Assembly: GCA_011109175.1 (NCBI GenBank)
Contig: RDEW01000014.1
Coordinates: forward strand, 310,001-374,000
Direction of reading: 5' to 3'
Length of the DNA: 64,000 bases
From: Dicyema japonicum
Lineage: Eukaryota; Animalia; Dicyemida
Within the stretch, counting starts at the first letter, position 1, and every line of letters starts with the position of its first letter. The notes beneath the pieces were generated by a model, which saw nothing but the letters and a program-made list of their open reading frames with translations, was not told the origin of the DNA and ran no database searches. Both the position numbers and the translations under genes were made by a program. Below, one piece after another: positions 1 through 12,999 of this stretch.

Positions 1-243
1 GTGTCTTGCCTATGCGGAGCTATAAATATTATGGCTCTCGTGGAAAGGCTATTAAAAAAATTATCTAGATAGTGATTAACTTTTTCTCGGTGTATTTGGG
101 ATTAATAAAATAATTGCGGTCAAGTTTTTTTTATTCTGATCGTGGAAGGAAGTGCCTTATTGGTATATTCTTAAGGCAAAATTAAAATTTCTATTTTTGG
201 CAATACAATTAGTAATAATAACTTGTTCAGCGTAAATTTAACG

Positions 244-697
244 ATGATAAGCTGGGGATTGATCTCTGCATTAGTTTCGTTCTTTGGCATATTCAGTAAG
301 CCATTTATGTAACCTCCTAATAGTGCCTACGATTGGAACACTCATTTCTATTTTTGGACCTCAAGTTGATGTTGATCACTCCATTAAAATGGCACGAGCC
401 AACTTAGAAGCTAATTACCACCCGTGTCTATATGGAACACTCATGATAAACGACAGAATGATAGACCTTGTGGCGACGGATAAGACTAGTGAAAACTGGG
501 TTAAATATAAAAATATAAATTCACCACAAAAATTCTTCGTTGGATCTTTCGACTCCTTTGTTGGTAGTGACGGGTCAGGGATTTACATTTCAACTAACAA
601 TAAAAGCAATGAAACATCAATTTACTCTTTCAACGATGATAATCTAATTAATGGTGTAATCGAAGACAGTGGAAGTTTTGCTTGTAAAACCAAATAA
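244..697 (+). CDS. Small orphan protein with hydrophobic N-terminus (probably secreted or membrane-anchored), 2 exons
   Basis: ATG at 244. Removing a GT-AG intron at 296-323 (28 nt) joins MISWGLISALVSFFGIF in frame to the 284..697 ORF (M-PTIGTLISIFGPQ...FACKTK*). No recognisable family. Confidence 0.55.
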
Positions 698-867
698 TTT
701 TTATTTTTGTCTATTTTCTGTAATAATAAACATAACAATTAAACCCTTAATATTTCCTACTAAGAAAAGATCCCTGATAATAGTCCTTACTTTACTAATC
801 AAGAAAAGACTCCTGGGAACATAATAAAAGTTCCAAAACACGAATTTTCGTGGTTGGTTGGAACGGA

Positions 868-1296
868 AATTTATTTATTAACCCCAGGATTATAATCTTT
901 GGTAAGCTCAGCACAAACAGTCGCAACTAATAATCCAAGGAGAACGTCTGCTGGTGTCGACAAAATCCATCTTCCGAAAGGAAATTACAGCAGAAGGGAG
1001 ATGGAGGAGTAAGTTCACCCTCTTCCATTTTCATCACATGTCCTACCGTCACGGATATTACATCATTTTTTGGCGGAAGAGTTCTCATACTGGTAATCTT
1101 CATCAGTGGAGTTGGTAAGGGAGAAGGTAGGAAGGACCCTTTCAGCTACTGTATCGTTCCAGAAGGACTCGTCTTTTCACATGTGGGACCTGTTTTACGA
1201 GAATTGACCTTGGCTGAAAACTCCATTTTTCGGATTCGAGCATACGACTGTCAGATCCGAAGTCATCAGACATTACGTTCAACCAGTAGGCCAACA
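868..1296 (-). mobile_element. tRNA-headed SINE-like element, family 1, copy A
   Basis: On the minus strand: A-box-like TGGCCTACTGG (1283-1293), B-box-like TGCTCGAATCC (1232-1242) and a TAAA-type tail near 868-885. Aligns by eye over about 400 bp with 18775-19175. Confidence 0.6.
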
Positions 1297-1719
1297 AAAA
1301 TCTATTTACTGATCTAGAAATATAAGTTGAGGGATAAATTTGGGCGTCACATATTCAGAATAGTTCTCAACAAGAAAAGTTAATCTTTAATGGCGCATTC
1401 AAGGCAAGGTTAAACATCTTGATGCTATTTTCTTAAGAAAAAACATGAACATCAAATTATAACAGAAAAAAGAGGCTATACTTGCTAGAAAGGTTTTTAA
1501 TTCTATTTCTGGCCCCAAACAAAGTGGGAATCTCCAATGATCTTAGTAGTCATAAAAAATATTTATCAAAAGTTTTAACAACCGACTTATCGAAAAAAAC
1601 AAAATATAGTCCCAAATTGGCCATTTTTGGTTGCTTTGAATTTGGTGGCCAATTTGAAAAAATAAAATCAATATTTTTGAAGAAAATAAACAAAGAATTT
1701 TTAGAAAAATGCTTTAAAT

Positions 1720-3314
1720 CAGTGGTTCTTAATTTGTTTAAGTCAGCGCCCCCTTTTGATGCAATTTTGAAGCTTCAAAATTTCGTTTGTTAAAATGCAT
1801 CGGGATCACGTGATAATTAGTTTTGTTTTACCGTGGTCTTGGGTTAAATAAATAAATCAATCAAAATCAAAAAAATCAAAAAAAATTTACGCCTCGTGGC
1901 GACTTTGGTGCTGCGCGGCTAATTGGAGTAAGTTTTATGTTTGTTTGTCTGTTTCTCCTCTCTCTTCCTATTAGAGTGGCGATTTTTCCAAGTGGCGTCT
2001 CAGTGTCTGGCCGGCACGAAAAGGGATCATTTGCTCTCCCCACTCCACTGGAGGGGTTTTCAAAACTCCAAGTATGGACGTCTTTTTCCTTTTATGCTGA
2101 TTCCGGATGGACTCTGTTTCTGTAGAAGTGGAAACTGGATACACTTAATTAGTTGCTTACTTTACTTTTTTCTCGGTGTATCCGGGGTTAATAAATAAAT
2201 TAATATTTTTTGTGATGTCTGAAAACGTGTTAAATATACTCAAGTTATTCACGATCTAATTGAAGAATTCGAATGATTTTTTAATAATTTCAAGGATGCC
2301 TTTCCGATGATGAAATTATTTTCTACTCCTATAGAAATAGATCTTACAATCGTTCCAGACGAATTTCAAATGGAGCTCATTGAAATGCAGTCGGATATAG
2401 AGCTCACCACAATATTTAAGAAAAGTCAAGTATTACAACTATGGAGTAGAATTTCAATTTTAAAACACCCAAATTTGGTTACGCGTCTGTATTTGGATCA
2501 ACGTATGTTTGTGAAGCTCTGTTCAACAGAATCACACGGATCAATACCAAATTTCGAATCCAATTAACTGATCGATGCAACTCCTACGTATGCCGTCATT
2601 AAACTGAGTCCCTGTTTTGAAAGAATAGAAAAATGAAAGCAGATTCAATTCTCATTTAAATTTTAGTTAATAAAATTTAATTTTTTTAAATTTTTTTTGC
2701 ATTTCATCAATTCTGGAGGAGACAGAACTATTGCTGAGAGGAATTGATTAACTTATTGATCAGAATCACAATCAACCATTAAATCAAATATTTCTTTGAC
2801 AGCTATGTTAAGGAATCTCCAATAGTATGAGGTTTTCTTGATTTTGCTATCAATTGCGATATTTTGTATGATGCTATTAGGTTTTTTTCAAGCATTTTGG
2901 AATTTTTGGTAAATATTTGATATTATGTTAATAAAATTATCTATCAATTTTTGGTAAATATTTGATTTTTCATAGACGATTTTCATAATTATATTTCAGA
3001 CTAAAAACTAATTAACATCTGCATCAAGTTTCTCAGGATGAAAAATCTTAAGATGATTTGACATTCTTGTGGCCTTCATTTGTAAAGACCTTCTTAAACA
3101 TAAGTAAGTATTCATCCGAATATATACGTTGTTTTACTTTTTATCACACATCTATAAAATATTAAGTACAATTAAAAAATATATTTTTTAGAAAAGTACT
3201 TAGAAAAGTAGAATTAATTAGAAAAGCAGTGATAAATTATTTATAAAATCTAATGCAAATATTTTTAATAATTAAAAAATATTAAAATTCCAGCGCCTCC
3301 GTTAAGAACCACTG
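1720..3314. mobile_element. Non-autonomous hAT (Buster/Charlie-like) DNA transposon with intact ends
   Basis: 13-bp TIR CAGTGGTTCTTAA at both ends and a perfect 8-bp TSD CTTTAAAT (1712-1719 and 3315-3322) with central TA. Internal transposase remnants: FQMELIEMQSD on + (about 2290-2650) and ASYKISQLIAKSRKPHTIG on - (about 2700-3120). Confidence 0.85.
1885..2200 (+). mobile_element. 5'-truncated LINE 3' end nested in the hAT element
   Basis: AARLIG post-RT motif, shared TGGCGTC..TGGCCGGCA blocks, TTAATTAGTT tail and TAAA tail, as in other copies in the window. Confidence 0.55.
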
Positions 3315-3394
3315 CTTTAAATTAACCAAAAAATTATATTTAAATTTAATTAAAAAAATTTAATTCCTAACTGTTTTTTCTTTCCTTTTTTTCT

Positions 3395-3632
3395 ATTCGC
3401 GTGGCGCCATATGATGGATAGTTTGTCAAAATTATTTTCCTTCCTTCCGATGGCGTCACAGGATCCACCTTTACTGAGAAGGCGCCCAATGACTGGCCGG
3501 CATCAAGAGGATCCAACAATTCTTCCCCGGGGACAACGTCGTTACCTAGTGACAAGTTCTGGAATGCTGGAACGAGTCAGGATCGAGGAGTTAGTTAGTT
3601 TGGTTACTCTTGGTCTTTGGAAATAATTTTAA
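3395..3632 (+). mobile_element. 5'-truncated LINE 3' end
   Basis: Clear similarity to 36035-36270 and to the reverse complement of 6500-6800; ends in GAGTTAGTTAGTTTGGTTACTCTTGGTCTTTGG. Confidence 0.6.
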
Positions 3633-3671
3633 TTTTTTAACTCGCCTTGTTTTATTGAAGAAATTAGAAAA

Positions 3672-4030
3672 ATTATAGTGTCCATGAAAAGCATCGGAAG
3701 ACGTGTGTTAATAAAATTTTTATTTTTCCAATTTATATTAAAAAATGGCCAATTAATAAAGAAAATAAGATTTTTTTATAATAGATGAATCTTATTTCTT
3801 GTTTTTCTCGATATCGTTTTTCGAAACAAGTTCGAGAATATATCAGCAAATTGCTGGCATGAAATAGCATCATTTACTTCTTTATAATTTACAATTTAGA
3901 TTTTTTCAGTAAAAATAGAACGATTATAGTGTCCATGAAAAGCATCGGAAGACGTGTGTTAATAAAATTTTTATTTTTCCAATTTGTATTAAAAAATGGC
4001 CAATTAATAAAGAAAATAGGATTTTTTATA
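3672..4030. repeat. Near-identical direct repeat of about 108 bp (3672-3780 and 3923-4030)
   Basis: ATTATAGTGTCCATGAAAAGCATCGGAAGACGTGTG...TTTTTTATA occurs twice about 250 bp apart with very few differences. Confidence 0.9.
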
Positions 4031-5574
4031 AAACTTTTCAAAATGTAGCCAATTTGCCGAGAGTTGATCGTAGTTACGAAGTTACCTAAGTTTTCTTGGC
4101 TGGACAAAAAGTCTCTTTGCTAAAAAATAGTTTATAAGTATATTAAAGTAAAAAATAAAATTTCCCCCATCACATCAGATCCATTTAACTGATCACCGGA
4201 AGCCTCCAAATTGGGCTGTTACACTTTTGTAAAACACTGATTTTCTTATTTTTGAAATTGTTCCCTAAATATTTCAGAATTTAGAAAAATATAATTGAAA
4301 GAACATAGGACCCCATTACAATATGTTTAATGGTTGATATCTTAAATTTTCTAATTTTGGGTGTTAAGTCTTCGTTAGCCTTTGGTTTCTTTAATCGCGA
4401 AATTATTATGTCACGGTCCATTGGTGTTACTCGATCTATTTTTTTCCGATTTAAAATACCAAGCAGTCTTATTTTCGTCTATAAATAAATATAACTTTTT
4501 TTTGCGATCTTCAGCTATGTTTTTAATCTCCCAAAAACATCACCAGGACATAGTTAGTCAACATACTGTTCACATTTTATTCTTAAAAATTAAATTAAAC
4601 TTATTATTTAAAACAATAAAAATAATAAAAAATTCTTACACAAGAATTAACAAAATTACCAAGAATTAAGCCTTATGATTGAACATGGACACATACCTGA
4701 TTACCTCTCAACGGAATCCCCAAAACAAAAGAAAATTATCATGACAACCAGTTTTGAATGCCATCCTTTCCAGCCCAATGAAGATAACGCCATCTTCAGA
4801 TGGGCTGGATTATCTTCGAAGTCTTCTCTTAAAAAACCGAATTATCAAGTTTTATATGAAGTTTATCATTTTTCAATTTTCGCCTGCTAGCCATCTTTTC
4901 GCCTTCAGAATAGAACAAAATTATCCTGACTTACAAAAAATTAGTGACTTTTTTATCTTGTTTGTAGATAAAACGGAATTTACTGTGATTTACCTAAGTA
5001 ATTTCTTAATAAAGTTTCTAGTTAATAAGACTCTGAACGTAATTTTTATTAGTCTCAGAATATTTTCGATAAAATATCTGTAGATTTGATAATTTTGAAT
5101 TAGTTCTCTTTCTTCACTCGACAACATAGTAAGCCTCATAAGTGCACGCTATCTTTAATAAGCACTCCAGGAAAATCATAAATTAAGTTTTCCTTAGGTA
5201 ACGTTCAGTATCCAACTACACATCCTCTTCCATGCTGGTTTCATAGTACATTGTGCGATGAAATGCAATCCATGTCCATAGTGACGACAGATTGTTGGGA
5301 GGGTAATCAGGCAGTAATTTCCAATTTTCAATGTTCCGTTGTCTATGACAATAATCTTTCTTTATTTTTTGGAATAAAAAAATTTTTCTCAAAAATTATC
5401 GATTTTATATGATAAAATTTCAGAGGTTGTAAGATGCATTCAAAAACTCTCTATTAGATTAAACTGGAGGATCAATTTCCACTAAATAAACTCAAAAATA
5501 ATGCATGATTAATTAGAGAGTTTTAATTAATCGAATATAAGAATAAAAATTGATTAATTACTGTCAAATACTTA

Positions 5575-5883
5575 ATGGATAATAACGCAAATGATTATAT
5601 GACTAAAGTGAACTATTTAGAGTTGGTTGATAATGATAATGAACTTGAAAAAGCGGTTCGCTTTCTCAAAAATTTACGAAAAAACTATCGAGTGGATTCA
5701 AACAAATGCAAGACCATGAAAAACTTTAGAAAATATAACTCTAATAAATCGAAATACCAAGAGAGCTTCAAATTGAAATGCGAAATAATTCAGAATCTTG
5801 CCAGATTAAGTAATGAAACAAATCAAGATATGCTTATTATTAATGGAAAATCAATACAGTTAACTAAAGTTCATAGATTTTAA
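5575..5883 (+). CDS. Possible small intronless orphan ORF (102 aa)
   Basis: ATG-started open frame flanked by AT-rich DNA; no recognisable motif and no independent support. Confidence 0.25.
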   Translation: MDNNANDYMTKVNYLELVDNDNELEKAVRFLKNLRKNYRVDSNKCKTMKNFRKYNSNKSKYQESFKLKCEIIQNLARLSNETNQDMLIINGKSIQLTKVHRF

Positions 5884-6499
5884 ATTTAAAATAAATATAC
5901 TTTTATTTACACTTAAAAATGGCTCAGCCATAAGTGTCGGTCAAAAAGGCCTGATGGTCCTACATTTAGGATGAAGGTTCCACTTATCTACGATGCTTTG
6001 GCTTGACGAGTGACGTCGTAATCAGTGAAAATTTTACTGAGAAACCGGATCGTCTATAAAAAACTCCCACGAAAAAAAAAAAAAAAGTTAAGAGTATTTC
6101 TTAATTGTCCCATTCTATGATTAGTTAAGTGTTCTTCACTTAAATAAAGTATGTGTCCTGCTCGGGAGGAGCTGTGGATAACATGACTCTCGCTTAAAGT
6201 GCGATTATTTTTTACACTTAAAATCATGTGGTTCACCGGCTCTCTAAGTTCTGGTGGCTTCAGAAGAAATTTAATGGACTTTGAAAGAAAACCATTCACT
6301 TCACTCTATCGAAGGACAATCCTCTTTCCTGACGATGCGTCCTATGGTGCACATGTCGAATCAAGTAATTGGTTAGTTTGGATTTACTGTGGTTTTTAGA
6401 ATTTAAAAAAATTGAGCGAAATTGTTAGCCTATTGGTTAATTAGGTACGGTAGTTATGGTACGTAGCTCTATGGGGGATATACCCATTGTCTTTTTCAT

Positions 6500-6800
6500 G
6501 TTCATATTCCAAAGACTAAGAGTAAAACTAAACTAACTAACTCCTGATCCCGACGTGTTCCAGCAGATCCCTCACCCAAGCACAGTGATCCAAATAACGC
6601 TGTCTGGAGAACTGAGGTCAATTTGATAACTCATCGCTAAAGAGCGATATTGTCTCTGTAAAATGAATAGATAGGTCCTTTTGAATGCCAGTCAGGCATT
6701 GGAAGTCTCCTTAGTAAGGTGATCCAATGACGCCACTAGAGTGAAGAAAGAGAAACCTTCAATCAGGTAGTCACATGGCACCACGCTTCCCTCATGGGCT
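6500..6800 (-). mobile_element. 5'-truncated LINE 3' end
   Basis: Reverse complement matches 36100-36265 (TGGCGTCATTGGATC..CCTTACTAAGGAGAC) and has the same TTAGTTAGTT tail. Confidence 0.6.
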
Positions 6801-6999
6801 CAACCAATAGAATTACGAATACAAAATTTATACGTCTTCAATTTGGAGAAAATCAAATACAGCATATCAACCAGAATATACCATACTAACTGTAAAGTAT
6901 GGGGGAGGAATTATTAGGATTTGGGGGTGTTTCTGTTTTTCGGAAATAGGAGAACTATATTTTATTAATGGGATAATGACTTCTTCCAAATATTGCCAC

Positions 7000-9900
7000 A
7001 TGAAAATGAAAATGAATTAAAACAACAGGTTATGGAATAGGTATCTATCAGTCCGCCGGTTGGCCTGACTGTTCATCCGAGTACCCCTTTTCCTTGATAT
7101 CCATCCCATTACTTGTCTAGTTAGTTAAGCATCCTGATTTGAATATCCTCCCTTACTGACATGACAAGTTTGTTCTCTTCCTCAGTCAGGCCTTCGTACA
7201 ATTTCTTCCTAAGGGATAGTTTGATCGCTGCTCGTCTTGTTTTCTCTAGTCGGGTGAGAATCCTCTCTCTCGAGGAAATGTAGAACCATTTCTCGCTTCC
7301 CTAAATAAGTCTGGGAAGAATCACATTCCGAAAGACAAAGAGCATGGTATCAACATCTAACTTAAGTCTTCTAGTGCAGAACAATGATTGCAAAGTCTTC
7401 TTCCTTCGCTCTTCGATGTCCTTCAGGTATGATCCTCTCCCATCTACTGCAATCCCCAGGTATTTCAGGGATGAAACTCTCGGTATGCGAAGAGTGTAGG
7501 GCTCATTCTGGCCTACCCGGCCTGCTTATCATCAAGTAACTAGATTTTTCCGTGGAGAGTTTCATGCCTCTCCGATCGCACCAACCCCGGACGTCGATAA
7601 AAGCTCCTAGTCGCCGCTCTGAGAGGTATGCCTTCAGAGACGAATTCAGGATTAATATGTCGTCCGCGTATATCATCAGCTTGGTCCTGACGTCTTGAGG
7701 TGACGGAAAATCTTCCATAAATATGTTGAATAACAGGGGGCATAGAATAGATCCCTGTGGCACTCCCCTTTTAAACGATATACCATCAGAATATCTTCCA
7801 CCGACTACCACGTAAGATATCATCACAGTTAAATAGTCTTTCAACCATAGGAACATTTGTTTAGATATCTTAGATCGTACAAGTTGACAAAATAAGGCTT
7901 TGTGCAAATACAGTGTCGAACGCCTTTGAGATGTCAAGGCAAACAAGGCTCAACTGGCTTTTCTTGTCAAATGTATTTGTAATTTCGTAGTTTAGTGAGT
8001 GAATACAATTTCCGCACTATCTTCCCGTACGGAAACCCCATTGGTAAGGTTGTAGAAAGTTACTCTCTTCTATTTACCGATTCAATCTCTTGAATACAAT
8101 CCGTTCCATAATCTTTGATGTAGAACATATAAGACTTATTGGCCTATAACTAAGAGGATCCTTCCTCGACTTTCCAGGTTTGAGGATCATCTTCACAATA
8201 GAACGCTTCCATAACGGAGGAACATGTCCGAGCTTAAAACTCGAGTTATACATCTTTTGTAAAACAAATAGTAGTTCATCAGACCCTTCTTTAAACATAA
8301 TCATGGGAATGATATCGAATCCAGGATCCTTGTTTTTGCACTCTCGTATAGCAGTTCTGACTTCTGCCAGAGTGATTTCCTCTACCAGACTTTCCAGATC
8401 GCCCATAGAGTAATCCATAGAATTAGATATCTCCTCTGAAAATTTCTCAGGTATAATACTAACAGGGTCAACTCCTTGTATACTTTCCAGTAGTTTTCTC
8501 TTTCCAAGGGAATTGTCCTTCCCTCTTGATCGGCCAGCACAATATTTTTTGCCTCTAAATTTCCATTAGTTAGCCTTCTGTACATTTTCCAGAAACAAGG
8601 GTTTGTCCAGTTAACTTTCGAGGCTGCATTCTTCAATTTATTTTCGGCGTTTACTTTCCAAGCTTTTTGTAATATTTTTTGAATCACATCAATTCTACTT
8701 TTCAGAGTTGTCCTGTCCCACAAATCAACACATCGTCTGTGCTTCGCCTTCAGAGTATTCCTCTCGCGAATAAGATTCCGTAATGAAGGTGGGCAAGAAT
8801 GTTTGTTCTTCAGAAAGCTTTTGGAAAAGACCTCCTTCTATATAGTCGTAGATACATCAGCATAGTATTGGATAGTTCCCAGTTAAAAACGTCCAGCTCA
8901 TTAGGTGTAGAAAAGGAATTAGTCTTCATTAGTAAGGTCTTCGATAAATAATAGCGATAATGTACCCAGTCTATCGACGAGGTATCAAAGTATAAGAAAA
9001 TATCTCCAGCAATGTTCGGCTCCAGGTTTATAGTTACTTCCTGAGGGATATGATCACTCTATGTCCCAAAGTAATCTTGGTCTGTCAACATTATCCAGTT
9101 GTGGAGACATTAAGGTCAATCCAAGCATGTCACCGCCATAGTGTGAGAAATGGTTAGGTTCCTCACGTCAAGACTTCAACTCCAATTTCGTTAACCAAAT
9201 TTGCTAGGAGTCGCCCGTCCCCGTTGTTTTTGCAACATCTTAGCATTCAGGTTTTCTACCAAGATCGACATAAGGTTTGTTTCAAAAAATTGAACAATTT
9301 TTGCAGAAGATCGGGCCAAGTCCTTAGAGTATAGCCCTCCCACGCTACAGTCGTTTCGTGTTGCAATTCTTTATGAAAAAAGATTGAGGTTCTAGTTCCA
9401 GCCGCTGTTCCATCTTTCCATGGATTGTCCACCGAGTCATATCCTTCCATATTATATTTTCTTCCGTGTTTGATTTTCGTTTCGTTAACTACCAAGACAT
9501 CCACCTTGGCATTCCTCACAAGTAGCGCTAGTTCATCAGCACTAGAGAAAATTCACACACAACAAGGTCGTGTTCCCCTCCACACTTGAGGCACCTCTTT
9601 TTCTCCTTCCAATGTGCGGCGATATGACCAATTCGTTCGCAATTGTAGCAGATAGAAGGGGGCCTCTTCATTTACTCACAAAGGATCTTGTTCGATCCAA
9701 TGTAGAAGCCACAACGTATCAGCGATGTGACCTCCGCATTACTACTAACCGAGGCTTTCGCCATTGGATAGGCTGCGATCTTCTTGATATTCGGGTTACC
9801 TTCGAGGTTGAGGGAGCCATCTTCTGAAGGTAATCAAGGAGGTCGTCTTCACTCACCCAGAAAGGGAGGTTCCTGAGGACAATCTCACATGGTTTTGTTA

Positions 9901-10270
9901 GGAGCGTTCAGAAATGGTGGTTGTCAGTTCCAAAAGGACAGGTCTCATTTATGGCCTCCATATATGCGGCTATGTGGTTATTGTCCGTAAGTTAATCGGA
10001 AGGAGCCCGGTCCTTTGAGGCTCATCCTCAAAGATCCGTATTGATCATAGTATTGTGAAACGTTTTGCGATCTTAATCGCACTCATAGTAGAATTCACTG
10101 TGATTAATATAGTCTTGTTTTCTGAATGATCAGCTTTCATTTGTTCATCCACAGGTTTGGATACTTCCCTGGGTCGTGTTTTGTAAGAACATTCGCTGGT
10201 TTAACAGGATCTGCCTTATGTGGTGTCTTGTTCTCCAAGAGAGAGACTCGTCTTTGAGTTGCTCAGTTGT
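7000..10270 (-). mobile_element. Decayed near-full-length Jockey/I-group LINE (gag zinc knuckles, APE endonuclease, RT)
   Basis: CYNCERIGHIAAH and CLKCGGEHDLVVC knuckles near 9570-9660; APE motif VDVLVVNETK (9256-9519); RT motifs YRPISLICSTSKIMERIV, GVPQGSILCPLLFNIF and YADD. Many stops and frameshifts. Confidence 0.85.
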
Positions 10271-10299
10271 CATATTGAAAAATTCAGAAATTTCCTAGA

Positions 10300-11830
10300 A
10301 GAACTAAAAGTACAAATGGAGAAAATTAAGTCAATTCCGAGGGATATTCGAAAACCAACACCCAAAATTCAGAGAAAAGTAATGTAAGAGTTAATGTTTT
10401 CCGGGACTAAATTCTGCAATTTATTATATTAAGAAAAGATAATCCACCTCAAGATATCAATCAAATTACTGATATTCTATATGCTGCACATATGGCTTTA
10501 AACTGCGAAGGTTAAGCCGCAGAGTACGTGGTCGGAGAACACTGAGAAGAAAAATCTCAAAGCTGAAAACAGAACTAGAACTTGTCAATCGTTTTTCTAG
10601 ACAGGCTCTCCCTGTGTTTGAAAAACAAAAGGTTATGGGCGTTCTTTGTGCCTATGGATACAAAAGGGCCAAAAAGGAGGAGGTTGCCAGGATTGAGACT
10701 CTACTATGTGACCTTGTCAGAATTAAGAAGAAGCAAATAGCTGTACGTTATTATTCTAGGAAGGACTTTCGTAAAAACAACTGTTGTTTTGAATTAAATC
10801 GAAGAAGATTTTATCGGAAACTATCAGCAAGCAATGAGTAACATTATATGGTTTCGATGATGAGGGTTGTATGTCGTTCTGGGAAAAAGTGTGGTCTAAA
10901 TGAAATGAGATGCCCGTGTCATATGACAGTGGTGGTAAATAAATACTGGTATTGAAGGCATGTTGCCAGAGTTCACAAATGAATTTATCCTGGATGTTAT
11001 TAAATGGCTCCCCGATTGGAAGGCATGTGGATGCGATAAGTCATACAATTTCTTAAGAAAATGGAATCTTTGCATGGATTTTTATGTACTGAGATTAATA
11101 GAATTATTAATGGGGAATATATGCCTGAAAGTTGGTTTTATACTGGAATAACCTAATAATTCCTAAAAAAGGATGATTGTGAGACTCCTAAAGACTTACA
11201 TCCTATAACATGTATGCCAACGTTATATAAACTTATTATCAAATGTGTTAATGCCAACCTCTCAGATTTTGTGGATTCGTTTAGGATATTATCTGACAAT
11301 CAGCTGGGAACGAGGAAACATTGTCAGGGCGCTAAGGAACAAGCCCTTATTAATCAATGCTTAAATAAGGAGTATGGAAACGCCCTTTATTCTGATTGGG
11401 TTGATGTGAAGAAGGCCTTTGATTCTGTTGACCATGAATTATTATTTCATGTGTTGGACTGTTTAGGAACACCCCGTTGGATTGTTAATTTTGTAAAGAC
11501 CATGGTCAAGAAGTGGACTGTAAACCTCCACTTAGATGGAAGAAGAATTGGTTCTGTAAAGCTGGGACGTGGAATTCTGCAAGGAGATTCATTATCCCTG
11601 CAACTATTTGCTATGATAATGGAACCCTTGAGCAGGATCCTTAACTCTATGTTCCCAAGACTCCAAATTAATCAGGAGTACTCTGGCTTATTCTCTAGCT
11701 TATTCTATCAATCATTTGTTGTTCATTGATGACCTAAAGATATTTGGGCTAAAAAAAGATACTTTGATTAAAATGATGAAAGTTGTTCGCGATTTCTTTC
11801 ATGTTGCCGGCTTGGAGATGAATTCGGAAA
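10300..11830 (+). mobile_element. R4/Dong-like (RLE-type) non-LTR retrotransposon RT fragment
   Basis: PITCMPTLYKL, GAKEQALIN, DVKKAFDSVDH, GILQGDSLS and a downstream LFIDDLKIF-like motif; truncated after the RT core. Confidence 0.75.
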
Positions 11831-11899
11831 AGTCAGTCCTTTGTCGGTCTGGGATCACTTAGTTAGATGAGAACTTTTATTTCTTGCTTTTTGACGCAG

Positions 11900-12690
11900 T
11901 GATCTTGGAAATAATAATAATAATTATTCAACCTTATGGTGAATGACTTGCCACTCCCACATGGGGACGATGACATATTATTAACGTATGCGGATGATGT
12001 AGTCATTGCTTCGAGGGATGTGAGTATTATCGAAGCAAAAAGAAGACAGGACAATATGAATAAACTAAGTTTATGGCTTTGGGAAAATCAATTGACTGCT
12101 AGCCATAATCGGTGTCACGACAAACAGAAGACATGGGAAAGTATCAATTGACGTCACATTGGATGGGAAATATATCCCGCAAAACAAATTCCAGAAAATC
12201 CTAGGAGTTACTTTTGACACCTTCTTAACCTTTACAAAACACGTCGAAAATATGTTATTGACTTGCACGAGGAAAATCAACTTCTTGAAGGCGTTCTTGA
12301 AAAACCTAAAAGACAAAAAAATCTGAGTGGACTGGATGTCATATACAAACAGTTCATCGCATCTACAATAGGAAACGCATGTAATGTCTGGGATCTAACC
12401 TTGCTGCAACGAATCTGAACAAAATCTGCAACATTCAAGTGAAAACAGCGAACCTACTAAAGAAATCTTCCCGTGTGGAAACCCTGCCCAGACACCTTGA
12501 AAATATGATAGAGGCGACTGGAACAGTGCCCCTGCGAAGGACTCGAGTATGCGGACCCCGTCCTAATCAGTAAAAGCATAAGAACGCAGTCAGAACACCG
12601 AGAAATGACTGTTGAGGGAGGCCGGAATTTTGTTTATTTTGGATATGACGGTGATTTTTTGGTTCAATAAAATAAAAAAATAAATTATTT
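11900..12690 (+). mobile_element. Jockey-like RT fragment
   Basis: NDLPLP...LTYADDVVI, PKILGVTFDTFLTFTKHV; A-rich tail near 12665-12690. Confidence 0.7.
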
Positions 12691-12999
12691 GCCTCTCTGT
12701 AGCTACACAACTTAGACATTTTTAGGATTATCGGCTAAGGGAAGATTTTTAAAATTTTTCTTTTTTTTAAATGTGCCTAAAATTAGTATAGAAATGAAAG
12801 TGTTTAAAAATTATCTTACCATTTAATGTTTATCCCTATATTATTTTTATGCGAGTTGTCCCTAAATTTTTTCTGGCGAGATGGGGATAACTCTCTTACC
12901 GAATCATGATTAAGATAACCAAATAACATCAAAATAAGAATAGAGGCTTGGGAGATATTTCATTTGTAGGTTAGGGAGGTATTTATTTTCATTTCAGCC

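Noticed and set aside
1225-1272. CTGATGA...GAAA on the minus strand suggesting a hammerhead ribozyme
   Set aside because: Four extra bases break the stem II geometry and copy B reads CTGGTGA...TAAA; a tRNA-like head explains the hairpin better.
3495-3502. GGCCGGCA, like the HDV ribozyme P1 start, in several repeat copies
   Set aside because: No downstream complementary P1 strand or P3/L3 core; it sits in LINE ORF2-derived sequence.
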